From Laetmonice hystrix (Eukaryota): a DNA stretch of 64,000 bases. Each line of letters opens with the position of its first letter. Positions within the stretch are counted from its first letter, which is position 1. The stretch lies in the NCBI GenBank assembly GCA_965235115.1, contig OZ249438.1:8246001-8310000 (forward strand), written 5' to 3'. Made by a program: the position numbers and the translations under genes. The notes under the pieces are model-generated. The model saw only the letters and a list, made by a program, of their open reading frames with translations. It did no database searches and had not been told where the DNA came from. Of the stretch, positions 12,197-22,576 are shown in pieces.

Positions 12197-13660
12197 ATTT
12201 GGTTTCAAAACAGACGCCGTAAAGACGTGATAGGACCCAAGGCAGGGCAGAAATCCAAGTCGCCACCTAGCGGCGAAGAGAATGGTGTTTGCATGGTGCC
12301 AGAAACCATCATGAAGGGCGTCTTGACCGAGCTCGAGCGGTATGGCGAGGATATGAAACAAAACAATAAAAAGAACAAAGGCAAAATCACCACCCAGCCC
12401 TCAAGAGAACGACCCAAGCCTTACGATGTAAGCCGAAAACGAGACAGATCTGTGAGTGAGGGCCGGAACGACTCGCCTGTCCAACAACAGCTGTTTTCCC
12501 TCTCCGCTCACGTGGACAACTCTAAACGAAATCAATTCGAAGATACCGAATCAATTGCTTCTTTAGAACCTTGTGAAACTATGTCGCCTCCAGCTTATAA
12601 CGCTAGTCCCGTAAGCAGCGTGTCAAGTTCTTCCAATATTAGTATCGTGTCGTCTCCACCCAGTAACAATAACACAGTGCCGACTTCGGCTCAGCTCGAC
12701 ATGGTGGCGCCACCTAATGCCATAGCACCAGGAGCGCAATTCAACGTGTTCCCGCCAGATGGCGTGCCTCCCATGTCGGAGTCCCCGTGCATCGCTCAGT
12801 CCCCACCAGCGGAGAGTTCCTTGGAGGCCAGAAGAAGGCACCAGGTGTCGCCACCTTTTTCATCCGGGGAACAACAACAGCCTACGTCACATTCGCGCCA
12901 AAGTTCCCCGGCGTCTGATCGGCAATTAACACATCAGCCGCCAGACAACACCAACCATCATCGTCAGGAATCAAACTCAGGTCACAACGTCAGTGGTTCG
13001 TCGGGGAGCCAAGGTTCTATTCGAGAGTATAGCGGTCATCCGGGAATCTTTGCGCCAATTCCATCTTACGCACATGGGGCTGCACCACACCCAAACTGGC
13101 CTCCTCCTCCTCCCCATCCCACACTGGACAAACATGCTGTAAACGCACACGCACACGCACACGCACATGCAATGCAGGCAGGTGTGCATGCTCCAAATTC
13201 TCACATGGCCACCGGTGATTTCCCCTTGTATGGCAAAGACAACACAAACGATGCACACCACTCAGCCGGGTTTGGTCAGATGAATTCCGGCCTAGGACAA
13301 CACCCACTATACCCATCATCGTATTCCCATCACCATGGTGCAATCCACACTGACCTTAGTGAACCTAGTCACCCTCATTGTGCCCCAACTGACGGCCAGT
13401 CGTTTGGCCTCAATCGAGTTTTCCCGTTTCCGATCGTGGCCGACTCTCCTCGATTGCTGTCGACGATGCCCGCCGCTTACAGCGACCCCTACAGTTCGGC
13501 GTACAAGTCGTCTGCTGTTCCCAGTTCCATGCACCCCGCCCTCTACCGGGACGCGTACCAACCGCTCCTGATTTCGACGTTCAACAACCCTTATTACGGA
13601 ATGGACAGTGCAAGCTGGCAAACTACAGCAGCCGATCGCAAAACGTTTACCAGCTTATGA
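12197..13660 (+). CDS. Homeobox gene coding exon 4 (helix 3 IWFQNRRRKDV plus long S/P/H/Q-rich C-terminus)
   Basis: Acceptor TCTGTTTCAG| at 12196, phase 0, in frame with ORF 12227-13660. The spliced CDS is 34+297+167+1464 = 1962 nt (653 aa plus stop). Confidence 0.92.
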   Translation: MWFQNRRRKDVIGPKAGQKSKSPPSGEENGVCMVPETIMKGVLTELERYGEDMKQNNKKNKGKITTQPSRERPKPYDVSRKRDRSVSEGRNDSPVQQQLFSLSAHVDNSKRNQFEDTESIASLEPCETMSPPAYNASPVSSVSSSSNISIVSSPPSNNNTVPTSAQLDMVAPPNAIAPGAQFNVFPPDGVPPMSESPCIAQSPPAESSLEARRRHQVSPPFSSGEQQQPTSHSRQSSPASDRQLTHQPPDNTNHHRQESNSGHNVSGSSGSQGSIREYSGHPGIFAPIPSYAHGAAPHPNWPPPPPHPTLDKHAVNAHAHAHAHAMQAGVHAPNSHMATGDFPLYGKDNTNDAHHSAGFGQMNSGLGQHPLYPSSYSHHHGAIHTDLSEPSHPHCAPTDGQSFGLNRVFPFPIVADSPRLLSTMPAAYSDPYSSAYKSSAVPSSMHPALYRDAYQPLLISTFNNPYYGMDSASWQTTAADRKTFTSL

Positions 13661-13909
13661 CAACAGGAATAGGCATATGTCTAAATATGGGTCGATGTGC
13701 TTTCCAAGGTATCTGTCCTTAGACTTTGCTAAATCTTATAGGCCCGTTGTGCTATAATAGGGCCTTCAGCTAGACATTGGAGGGGGCCTTTGATGTTACC
13801 TCAGATCCACTGGCATACATGCACCGTCCATGATACACACATTAAAATTACACAAAATTGTTGAATACTATTATTTTTTGCTTGTTTTGTTGTTGTTGTA
13901 TATAAAACC

Positions 13910-14192
13910 TAAAACCGCCTACAGACAGAAACACACGTTTTTACCTGTCCCCTCTGATCTAAAACCGCCTACAGACAGAAACACACGTTTTTACCTGTCC
14001 CCTCTGATCTAAAACCGCCTACATACAGAAACACACGTTTTTACCTGTCCCCTCTGACCTAAAACCGCCTATACAGACAGAAACATACGTTTTTACCTGT
14101 CCCCTCTGATCTAAAACCGCCTACAGACCGAAACACACGTTTTTACCTGTCCCCTCTGATCTAAAACCGCCTACAGACAGAAACACACGTTT
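13910..14192. repeat. Minisatellite, 50-bp unit x about 5.6, 250 nt after the homeobox stop codon
   Basis: Unit TAAAACCGCCTACAGACAGAAACACACGTTTTTACCTGTCCCCTCTGATC. Confidence 0.95.
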
Positions 14193-15673
14193 GCACACAT
14201 TTCGTCATCTCAGCACACACCATACCACGCTCCAATTGGCTCATTATAGGCGCCATTCCAAGTTTTCTCTGGAAGCTGTCTATTATAGAAATGGTGCCTT
14301 CTAAATAATGTGAGGCATTGTCAATGTGTTCTGTTCAAACGATTTGAAAAAAGAAATTGAGTTCGTGACCTTTCTTACTTATAACCTACTTTACGCATGT
14401 TACAAAGTTCTAAGCTAGGATTTGGAACCTTGCCCCCTTTAATCCGTCACGTCCTTGCATACCGGCCCTATAGTTTACTGTCAGCTCTATTTTTCTCCAT
14501 GCCTGCTGGATTCAATTGTTACCCTATCCTTACAGTGGTCGGGGTGAGACACAGTAAGCTGTCCACTAAGTGGACACAGCATGGCAGCTGTTTCCCTGGT
14601 TGTCAACACTGTGACATTCTATAGCGTACAGAAGGGTAACTAACACTCGCGGGCCTTTACTCACACTGAGGGCGTGCCTGCATGAGTTAACTTACAACCT
14701 ATACTTCAAAAAAAAACCCACAGGATATGCCCTTTATACAGGGCGCGACGGATCCAGTATTATTCAACAAATTTGCACTTTCCCCAAAATTCCCATGGAG
14801 CAAGCCATTAGGAATGCGTCCATTCACAGTCGCTGGCGTCAAGAGACAAACATGCAGTCAAAAAACATTTTCAACACGTTTTCATAACTTAGGCCTAGAT
14901 TATGAACTTCGATCCAATGATGCGGTCTAGGCCAACTCTTGAGTATAAATAAGGATATAGCCTATTTCTCATCCCAACGAATTCGTGATATTGGAGGGAT
15001 TTAGGTGTGAATTTGAGTTATTTGTCACCTTTCGATAACTTCACATCGTGACAGAGCTCGTTCAACTCAGAATGCCCTGACTGAGTCACCCATAATACGG
15101 CCTACGGTAGCTGTCAGGTGATGGCGAATAATCAATTCGTGTAGCGCCACCCACTGCGGGCAATCCACCTTTACAGCTGACGTCAATGTGACTAAGAGTT
15201 GGGCCTACTCGTCGGTAGAAATCATTGCCGCCAGCCCGCCAGGTATATTATATATGGTCCCTCTATGGGGGCGGTGTTTGGGATATATGTGGTTTATTAG
15301 TCAGCCAGTAATTAGGCCTATAGGGGAATAGTGGGACTTTGACCACACTCACGCGTCTAGCCGCCTGCACGAGCCGGAATGAATGAAGGAGGAAGTAGGT
15401 CATAGAATGGTTTAGTTCCCACCACCACCAGTGCGAGAGGAAATACCCAGCAACTACTAACTGTGGCTCCCTGGGATTCTGCCTCACGGAGTCCCACTCG
15501 GCGTCAGTGCTTGACGTCTTTATGTTGTCCTCACTGTGGGCCTATGTTTCTACCTCATGACAGAACATAATCAAGAGTAGGCCTGTACTTAGGACATACA
15601 GTATAGGCCTAGGCCTGGTGCGAAGGTTCTACCAATGATAACAGGTGGTTGTGAAACATTTTTTCATTGTTTA

Positions 15674-15937
15674 GATTGCCAACAACAAGGCAACGTGTGC
15701 AGACGATCGGGACTCACTTTGACGAGTCTCGTGATTGTGTGGATTACCAACAACAAGGCAGCGTGTGCAGACGATCGGGACTCACTTTGACGAGTCTCGT
15801 GATTGTGTGGATTACCAACAACAAGGCAACGTGTGCAGACGATCGGGACTCACTTTGACGAGTCTCGTGATTGTGTGGATTACCAACAACAAGGCAGCGT
15901 GTGCAGACGATAGGGACTCACTTTCACGAGTCTCGTG
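15674..15937. repeat. Minisatellite, 68-bp hairpin-forming unit x about 4, just upstream of the reductase ATG
   Basis: Units start at 15674, 15742, 15810 and 15878. Core CGGGACTC-ACTTTGAC-GAGTCTCG. Confidence 0.95.
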
Positions 15938-16019
15938 AATCGATACCACATCACCGACAGTAGCCTATAGGCCTAGGACGATAGTGAGGGAGAAGATCGA
16001 GAGATAAGCTGATCACACC

Positions 16020-17000
16020 ATGGCCGAGTTGAAGGAGCGAGGTTGGAGTCCATCTTCCCCAGCCTTCCCCATCAACAATAACACCACAAAGGACGAGGTA
16101 CAACTGGACATGTCGGGGGCCGCCACCGGGGATGAGGGTTACCGGAACGGCCAACCTTACGGCACCACCACGGCCACCGATACGGCCGTGGGCTGGGGAC
16201 CGGCTGGGACCGGCGGACCCAGAGCTAGCACCGCCACCAGGGCCGGTAGAGCCAAGGGGTGTACCTGTAACCGCCACGGCTGTGGGCCAATACTGGCCAG
16301 CGGCCTGGCATACTTCGGAGCGGCCCTGATGTTTCTATTCAGCGTCAACTTTGCATCGCTGCCAAAAGCGCCGTTTCCAGTAATCGGGAATGCGTTACCC
16401 CAGACATACTGGCTTGTGTCGGATGAAGCGATCTTGATTCCGATGATAGCTTGGGGCGTGCATTATCTGCGCAGGTTTGGGGAGGTGCTTTTTGTTCATG
16501 ACTACCGAAGATCCATGCCGTGTGGGGAGTCGATCGGAGCGTCCGTTTATTACTGGGGGTTTGGATTCTGGATTGGCTACTCGGTGAACTTCAAGCTTGG
16601 GTACTTGACCCCCACCTGGCCTTTCCTGGCGCCTGGCCTTATCCTGTTTGTCGTGGGAGAAGTAGGCAACTGTGCGGTCCACCTGGCCCAGCGTCAACTG
16701 CGAAGAAGGCCAGGAAGCGAGTCTGTGATGTCACCTTCAGGAAACCAGCATGTTATCCCGACTGGTTTCCTGTTTAAATACGTGTCCTGCCCAAACTACA
16801 CGTTTGAGATCATTACCTGGATCGGGTTCGGCCTGATCGCGTTTACATTACCCGCCGCACTGTTTCTTATAGCCTCAATAACAACTTTGGTCATCTACGC
16901 TCACAAAAAACACAAAGGCTACAAGGCAGAATTCGACGGGGAGGATGGAAGGCCGCTTTATCCACCCAAACGGAAAGCCCTAATTCCATTCATATTCTAA
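16020..17000 (+). CDS. TECR-like / steroid 5-alpha-reductase family (3-oxo-5-alpha-steroid 4-dehydrogenase domain) membrane enzyme, intronless, 326 aa
   Basis: ACCATGG Kozak with an in-frame stop at 16005. TECR/Tsc13-type motifs HYLRRFGEVLFVH, YYWGFGFWIGY, GNCAVHLAQRQLR, FKYVSCPNYTFEI and KKHKGY...YPPKRKALIPFIF; several hydrophobic helices. Confidence 0.9.
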   Translation: MAELKERGWSPSSPAFPINNNTTKDEVQLDMSGAATGDEGYRNGQPYGTTTATDTAVGWGPAGTGGPRASTATRAGRAKGCTCNRHGCGPILASGLAYFGAALMFLFSVNFASLPKAPFPVIGNALPQTYWLVSDEAILIPMIAWGVHYLRRFGEVLFVHDYRRSMPCGESIGASVYYWGFGFWIGYSVNFKLGYLTPTWPFLAPGLILFVVGEVGNCAVHLAQRQLRRRPGSESVMSPSGNQHVIPTGFLFKYVSCPNYTFEIITWIGFGLIAFTLPAALFLIASITTLVIYAHKKHKGYKAEFDGEDGRPLYPPKRKALIPFIF

Positions 17001-18503
17001 AGCGGTACAAAAAGGGAGCAAAGAAACAAAGAATTCATTGTACATAACCATTATAGCAATCGTTGATATAGTCCCCAACAGACCGGACCTAGTGGATGTA
17101 AACTAATACAGGATGTGTCGTACTTGTGCCTTGGCAGGGACAAGGTGTGGTTAACCAGGTCCGCATTGTCTGCCGTCTCTTCTCTACATAATGTTCTCTC
17201 TGACGAACACACGTAAACGACACAATGGGAGGGGACATATGGAAATGGCCAGTATACATTCTTAGTGTCGTACGTCAGACCGCATTTCTATGGTCATTTT
17301 CCCACGAGGGGTCGTGGATATAGGACCTTGACGTGTGACTGTTATTGTTCTTTCCTTGCGGTTGGATTAAAACAATAGAAGTGGTGCTTGCACCAGTCAC
17401 ACAAATCCAGCTGGGGAATATTATGGCGTGCCCGGACTCGCACACAAAAAGTGAGCACGCGTACTTGTAAGGTTGAAATGTGACTCTGGCATTTATATCC
17501 TGTGGTCCCGGATTGCCTGAGGACACGGGGCAGTGTTTCAGATATCTTGGTGAGATAAATATAGCGGGATATTTTGTGTAATGTAGTAAAGGAAAGACAC
17601 TCTGGGAATGCTCTCAGTTGCTGTGAAGGACCGATGAACTTACAAAGTCTGAGAATTGAGAACCCAGCCCAGTACAGGGTGTTGAACAGCATTATAATTC
17701 ACGTCATTTTTTAGATGTCCTTGTATTTGACAGTATCAAATTAAACTGATGTATCATTTAAAGTGGTACGTTGTGAAAACCAATGGACGTTTATCCCTAC
17801 CGGTACTTTATAGTGTAAAGGCCTACAAATATGAAGTTTTACCCATGAACCAATGCCGATTGTTGCCTTGTACGTAACTAAAGTTGGCATTCTCTTTGAA
17901 AGGGGTGTGTGTGACTCACCGTTTTAACTTAAAGGGAAGATTTTCTTATTTCTCGGCTCTTCATGCTTCTACGAAGGACTTCAGGCCATGCACAGTTCAT
18001 GTGTAAAACTCGCCAATTTGGTTACCTCTGGCTATAAAGTAAATATAGTCAGCCACGGTGTGAAAACATAGCGTCACCTTATGTATAAATGATGGTTGGT
18101 TTATTACCATAACTTATTGTGGTGCCTTAGATTCGCATGAGCTCTGTAACTCTTCTGTTACATAAAAAAGTATTGTATATACACAGTAGAATAAGTTGTC
18201 AATACATGTACAATGTTCATACCAAAATATTACATTTTCAGGTCATGTGAGATGAAGACTGGAGTGATAGGTCAATACATCGTTCACATGATACTAAAGG
18301 GAGCAGACGTTCCACTTTTTGTCTGTAGATAATGTAGATATCAGTGTGTTGATAGAGACTATATGCCTACTAGTTTAGGGTACACTGTTATCAGCATATC
18401 CCAAGTACTGCCAATGATATGGCACAACTCAGGTTGGTATGTTAAAGGATCCATGGATCTGTCGTGCAATATCGACTTGGCGTTTAAATAGTTTTAAGAG
18501 AAG

Positions 18504-18916
18504 TCATTGCGATCAAACACCAAAACTTCCGTATCCGTCATTGTGATCAAACAGGAAAACTTTTGTATCCTTCATTGTGATCAAACAGGAAAACTTCTGT
18601 ATCCTTCATTGTGATCAAACAGGAAAACTTCTGTATCATTCATTGTGATTAAACACCAAAACTTCTGTATCCTTCATTGTGATCAAGCAGGAAAACCTCT
18701 GTATCCTTCATTGTGATAAAACAGGAAAACTTCTGTATCATTCATTGTGATTAAACACAAAAACTTCTGTATCCTTCATTGTGATTAAACACAAAAACTT
18801 CTGTATCCTTCATTGTGATTAAACACAAAAACTTCTGTATCCTTCATTGTGATCAAACAGGAAAACTTCTGTATCCTTCATTGCGATCAAACACCGAAAC
18901 TTGTGTATCCTTCATT
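18504..18916. repeat. Minisatellite, 34-bp unit x about 12
   Basis: Unit TTGTGATCAAACAGGAAAACTTCTGTATCCTTCA. Confidence 0.95.
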
Positions 18917-20339
18917 CTGTAACCTTCTTTGTCTCTCGCAATCTTTGGCAAGGAGGAGTGCCAATCAAGTTCACGAGACGTAAATGTATTGAACAGTCGT
19001 AAATTATTAAAGATAAGATAGAAAAAGAGGCCCGGACCAGGTCATGCTTCGGTAGTTTTCCTACACTTGGCGGCAAGCCGTTATAGACTTTTGCATAATG
19101 TAAAGTAAAGACCTCTACTACAGGGTGGTCGAAATAAATGAGCGACCATATTTGATAACTTTTAATGTTTGTGTCTGTTGGTTTTGATTGGTTGATTCAT
19201 TCATGAATAAGATATAATAAGGCCACTGAATGGCTCTGGTAGGCAGGCGACGTTCATGATATTTCACACCAGAGGGCGTGTTTAGACACAGGATGGGAGA
19301 TAGTGACCGCGCTTATTATCGGGTCGGAATTGGCCTGTTGATTGTCTCGTGCTCGGGTTCGTTAATTGGATGGTTGGTATGGCTTGGTGCATGGGTTCTG
19401 TATAACATGTATAGATTCACGTGGTGCCGATCTTATGACAAACATTAAGGCTTAGATTCTAGTGGTCTAAGATTCTGTCTGGGCTAGGTTGGGATGGGGG
19501 AGGGGGTGACATTCACACCTCTGTGGCTTCATTGAATCACCCCCATCGTTCCTCCGTACGTGAGACAGTCAGTTACTTACTGAAAGGTCGGGACCGGCCA
19601 TACCATGAGGGTATATGCATGATGTATGCCTGGGGTCAGTCCGCATCCGTACGCCACAGTCTGGTGTAGGCCTACACGGTGGATACACATTAGGCCCCCA
19701 TGCTGCCGGCCAAAGTCCAGACATCCCCCACCCTCCCGGTTGGTTGTTATGAAGGAAATCGTTCTAGTCTGTTGTCCTGCCATGGTTATTATACTGGCCT
19801 AGGCAAATAGCATCCCTGCACCCATATAGACATAGACCTAATGGAAAAATCGAAACGCAACATTGTAGTAGGCCATAGGCCCAATTTTTGTTGAACTGTT
19901 ACAACAATCAAATGAAAACGGTAGGGGGCCTATATCGAACATGAAATAAAACCAAGACCAAAATGTAGGCTTAAACATTAGATCTAACCCCCATCGCTTG
20001 TAGCCTACTCACGACAGTTCATTAAACTTCCTTTTATTAGGCCTAGGGTATAGCAATCCTATAGGCCTAGACCGAGGCCTAAAGGTTAAAAATAAACAAA
20101 TCTCATTTCTCTCATGAATATAATAGGCCTAACATGCAGAACCGATAGACCCGTTAGGCCTAGGCCCATTCCCTGCCTGCTCGATTTTTTGTTATATTCA
20201 TTGGGAAATAACATTAACTTGCAATATTTCATATTTTAGCCTGAACAATGTCATGCTTCATGACGTATGAATCGGTGCTGCCATCTAGCGATAAACATTG
20301 CATGTTTCATACATACATGTAGGCCTATTATAGGGCCTC

Positions 20340-20720
20340 TTCCGGCCGGTACCTGACCTTCCTCCAGTGCAACACGCACGGCTCGGACCAGCATCAGTGA
20401 GCCAATCACAACGCCCGTTACAACGCCCCTGAATTCAAGATGGCGGCGGATCATAATGCGACTGCTAGGCCTATGTTACCATCGACTTAGGCCTACAAGT
20501 CCGTTTCGGCCGGGTTTATTCACAACACTGGACCACGTGACTGCGGTCAATGCACGTGGTAAGCTATGCTCCGAAGGAAACGGGTCAACTCCGAGGGGTA
20601 AGTGTAGCCTACATGTATTTGAAGTCGGGTTTAGGCCGACATGTCGATGGTTTCGCGACCGGGAGCAGGCCACACACGTGGCTTCGAAGGCGCCATGGAA
20701 AAAAAACTTGGATCTCATGA
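20340..20720. promoter_or_regulatory. GC/CpG-rich promoter-like block with CCAAT box and YY1-type motif, possibly bidirectional
   Basis: GCCAATCA at 20401-20408 and CAAGATGGCGGC at 20436-20447. Donor-like sites on both strands (plus GTG|GTAAGC near 20558; minus CAG|GTACCG at 20352). Confidence 0.5.
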
Positions 20721-21487
20721 GGCGGGGCTGATAGGTTGAAGATTTAATGGTCCAGGTGGCGACGCCTAGAGTTTTGTTTGAATACTAACCTACGGTATAT
20801 CTCTCACTGTATTATGTCTATCACTGTAGGCCTATACTGGTAGGCTACGGTAGATTGGAGGCGCTGCCACTGGGCTATTCCTAGGCCTATAGTCTGACAT
20901 TTAACTGATTGTGCCGCCTCTCCCTGCCAAAAATCAAAAATCTTCTTCAACAGTCCTTGATGAGAGTTCCCCACAACAATGGCGATCTAGGCCTACCGAT
21001 AGAGGCCTACCGATATAGGCCTAGGCCTACCATGTTTTCCATCGGGCTAGAAGTGCAGTATAAAAGAATTAGGATGTCGCTATAAAGTCTACTGAAAGAC
21101 AAAATATAGGCCCCTAACCATGCGATCATACTTTGAAATTGACATAGCCTGACAGGCCACTGACACTGGTAACAGTGTTTCTCAGCGTCCGTGAAAGCCC
21201 AATTAGCGTGTGTCGAGCAGCTGTTTACAGTAGTACACACAGGTGCCACCAAATAATTACCATATAGCCTACAAAAGCATTTCCGGAAGCTAGACCCGAG
21301 TCAAAATACAGTATTGCACTTATAAATAGGGCCTACATTAGGTCTAAATTATTTGTATCTGTGTCAACATGCATGGCCCTATAGTATGATCCGAAAATGA
21401 TACCCCACCCGTGATAATGCATACTGATATATGGTTTATAGTCGGTGCATACAAGTTAACAGGTGCAGGTTACCTTGGACTATAATA

Positions 21488-21672
21488 GATTGTACTATAA
21501 TAGTCCAAGCATAGACAAAGTCATCCGGTAACCCGGTTCTAGCTGTACGCAAACGTTACGCACTGGTCCCAGCATGAGACAAAGCATGTGTTAGACATAC
21601 AGAGCCCATCATATTGTACTATAATAGTCCAAGCATAGACAAAGCATGTGTTAGACATACTGAGCCCATCAT
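21488..21672. repeat. Local imperfect tandem duplication
   Basis: TTGTACTATAATAGTCCAAGCATAGACAAAG occurs twice; AGACAAAGCATGTGTTAGACATAC(A/T)GAGCCCATCATA occurs twice. Confidence 0.8.
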
Positions 21673-22379
21673 AATTAGGTATATATCCAAGAGTCATAAC
21701 GGACTTGCCTGTCCTGACATTGTACATAGGCCTAATGTCTTGGGTCGGAAGCCCTCGGCAATAACCTGCATGCGCGAGGCCTTTATAAGCTCCAGGAAAG
21801 TAGTAAGTCTACTTTTTAATGGAAAGTATTGGAGACCCCAGCAACATACATACATAAATATATAATCATAGGCGTTGGCATAGATCCGTGTCCGGGATCA
21901 TGGGTAGTCTTACCTTTTTTTTTATTCTGATATTTGTTTAAGGGCCGTATCCGTGTTGAACCCTTTACTCCTTGGACTATAGGCGGCCTCTTTTACGGAC
22001 TATAGTGCGTTTCTTGGGAATCAGAAATCAGTAAAATATTTATTTCGTGACACTGTGGTTTTAATCATGCGGTGGTAGGCCTACATCCTTACCAGTTGAT
22101 TTGTTTTTATCAACCTTTTTGGCAAAGATTGAATATAAAATTAATAGTTCGTGTTTAAACCCCATTCTCGTGGATGTTGTGAATAAACGGTGGTTTTGTG
22201 AACGAGTAAAATGATTAGAAATTTTAGTCGTCTGAGTTCATGGGTCGGGGCATTTTCCAACAATTATATAAATAGAAAAGTGTTTCTTCATTGCCTCCCG
22301 TTCGATGCATCATCAGTTCTGTAATAAAGAGAAGTTTAAAGTTGAACAGTGAATTGAAATTGTTACACCGGTAGGCCTA

Positions 22380-22545
22380 CAGTGAATGCGGTTGGCCAAA
22401 GTTACCTCAGCCTGCTACACATGAGTTACCCGCTAGGTGCCGCCTCGTACATGTTACCCGGTGGCGCCGCGTGGCGTGCGGGCAGGTGGACAGCTGGTCG
22501 CGGTTGGTGAGAGACCACGCCCCCCAATACAGCTGCCCTGAGTGG

Positions 22546-22576
<31 letters not shown>

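Noticed and set aside
12227-12229. GTG start for the 477-aa ORF
   Set aside because: It is internal to exon 4 of the homeobox gene; the frame enters through the acceptor at 12197.
12623-13621. Antisense ORFs over the homeobox last exon (likewise over the reductase and NCX exons)
   Set aside because: Shadow ORFs of GC-rich coding sequence.
18504-18916. GTATCCTT (U12-type 5' splice consensus) in each 34-bp unit
   Set aside because: No associated exon or U12 branch site; probably coincidental.
20456-20731. ORF MRLLGLCYHRLRPT... resembling a mitochondrial presequence, with a donor near 20558
   Set aside because: I could not chain it to any downstream exon giving a sustained frame; the nearest acceptor stops after about 21 codons.
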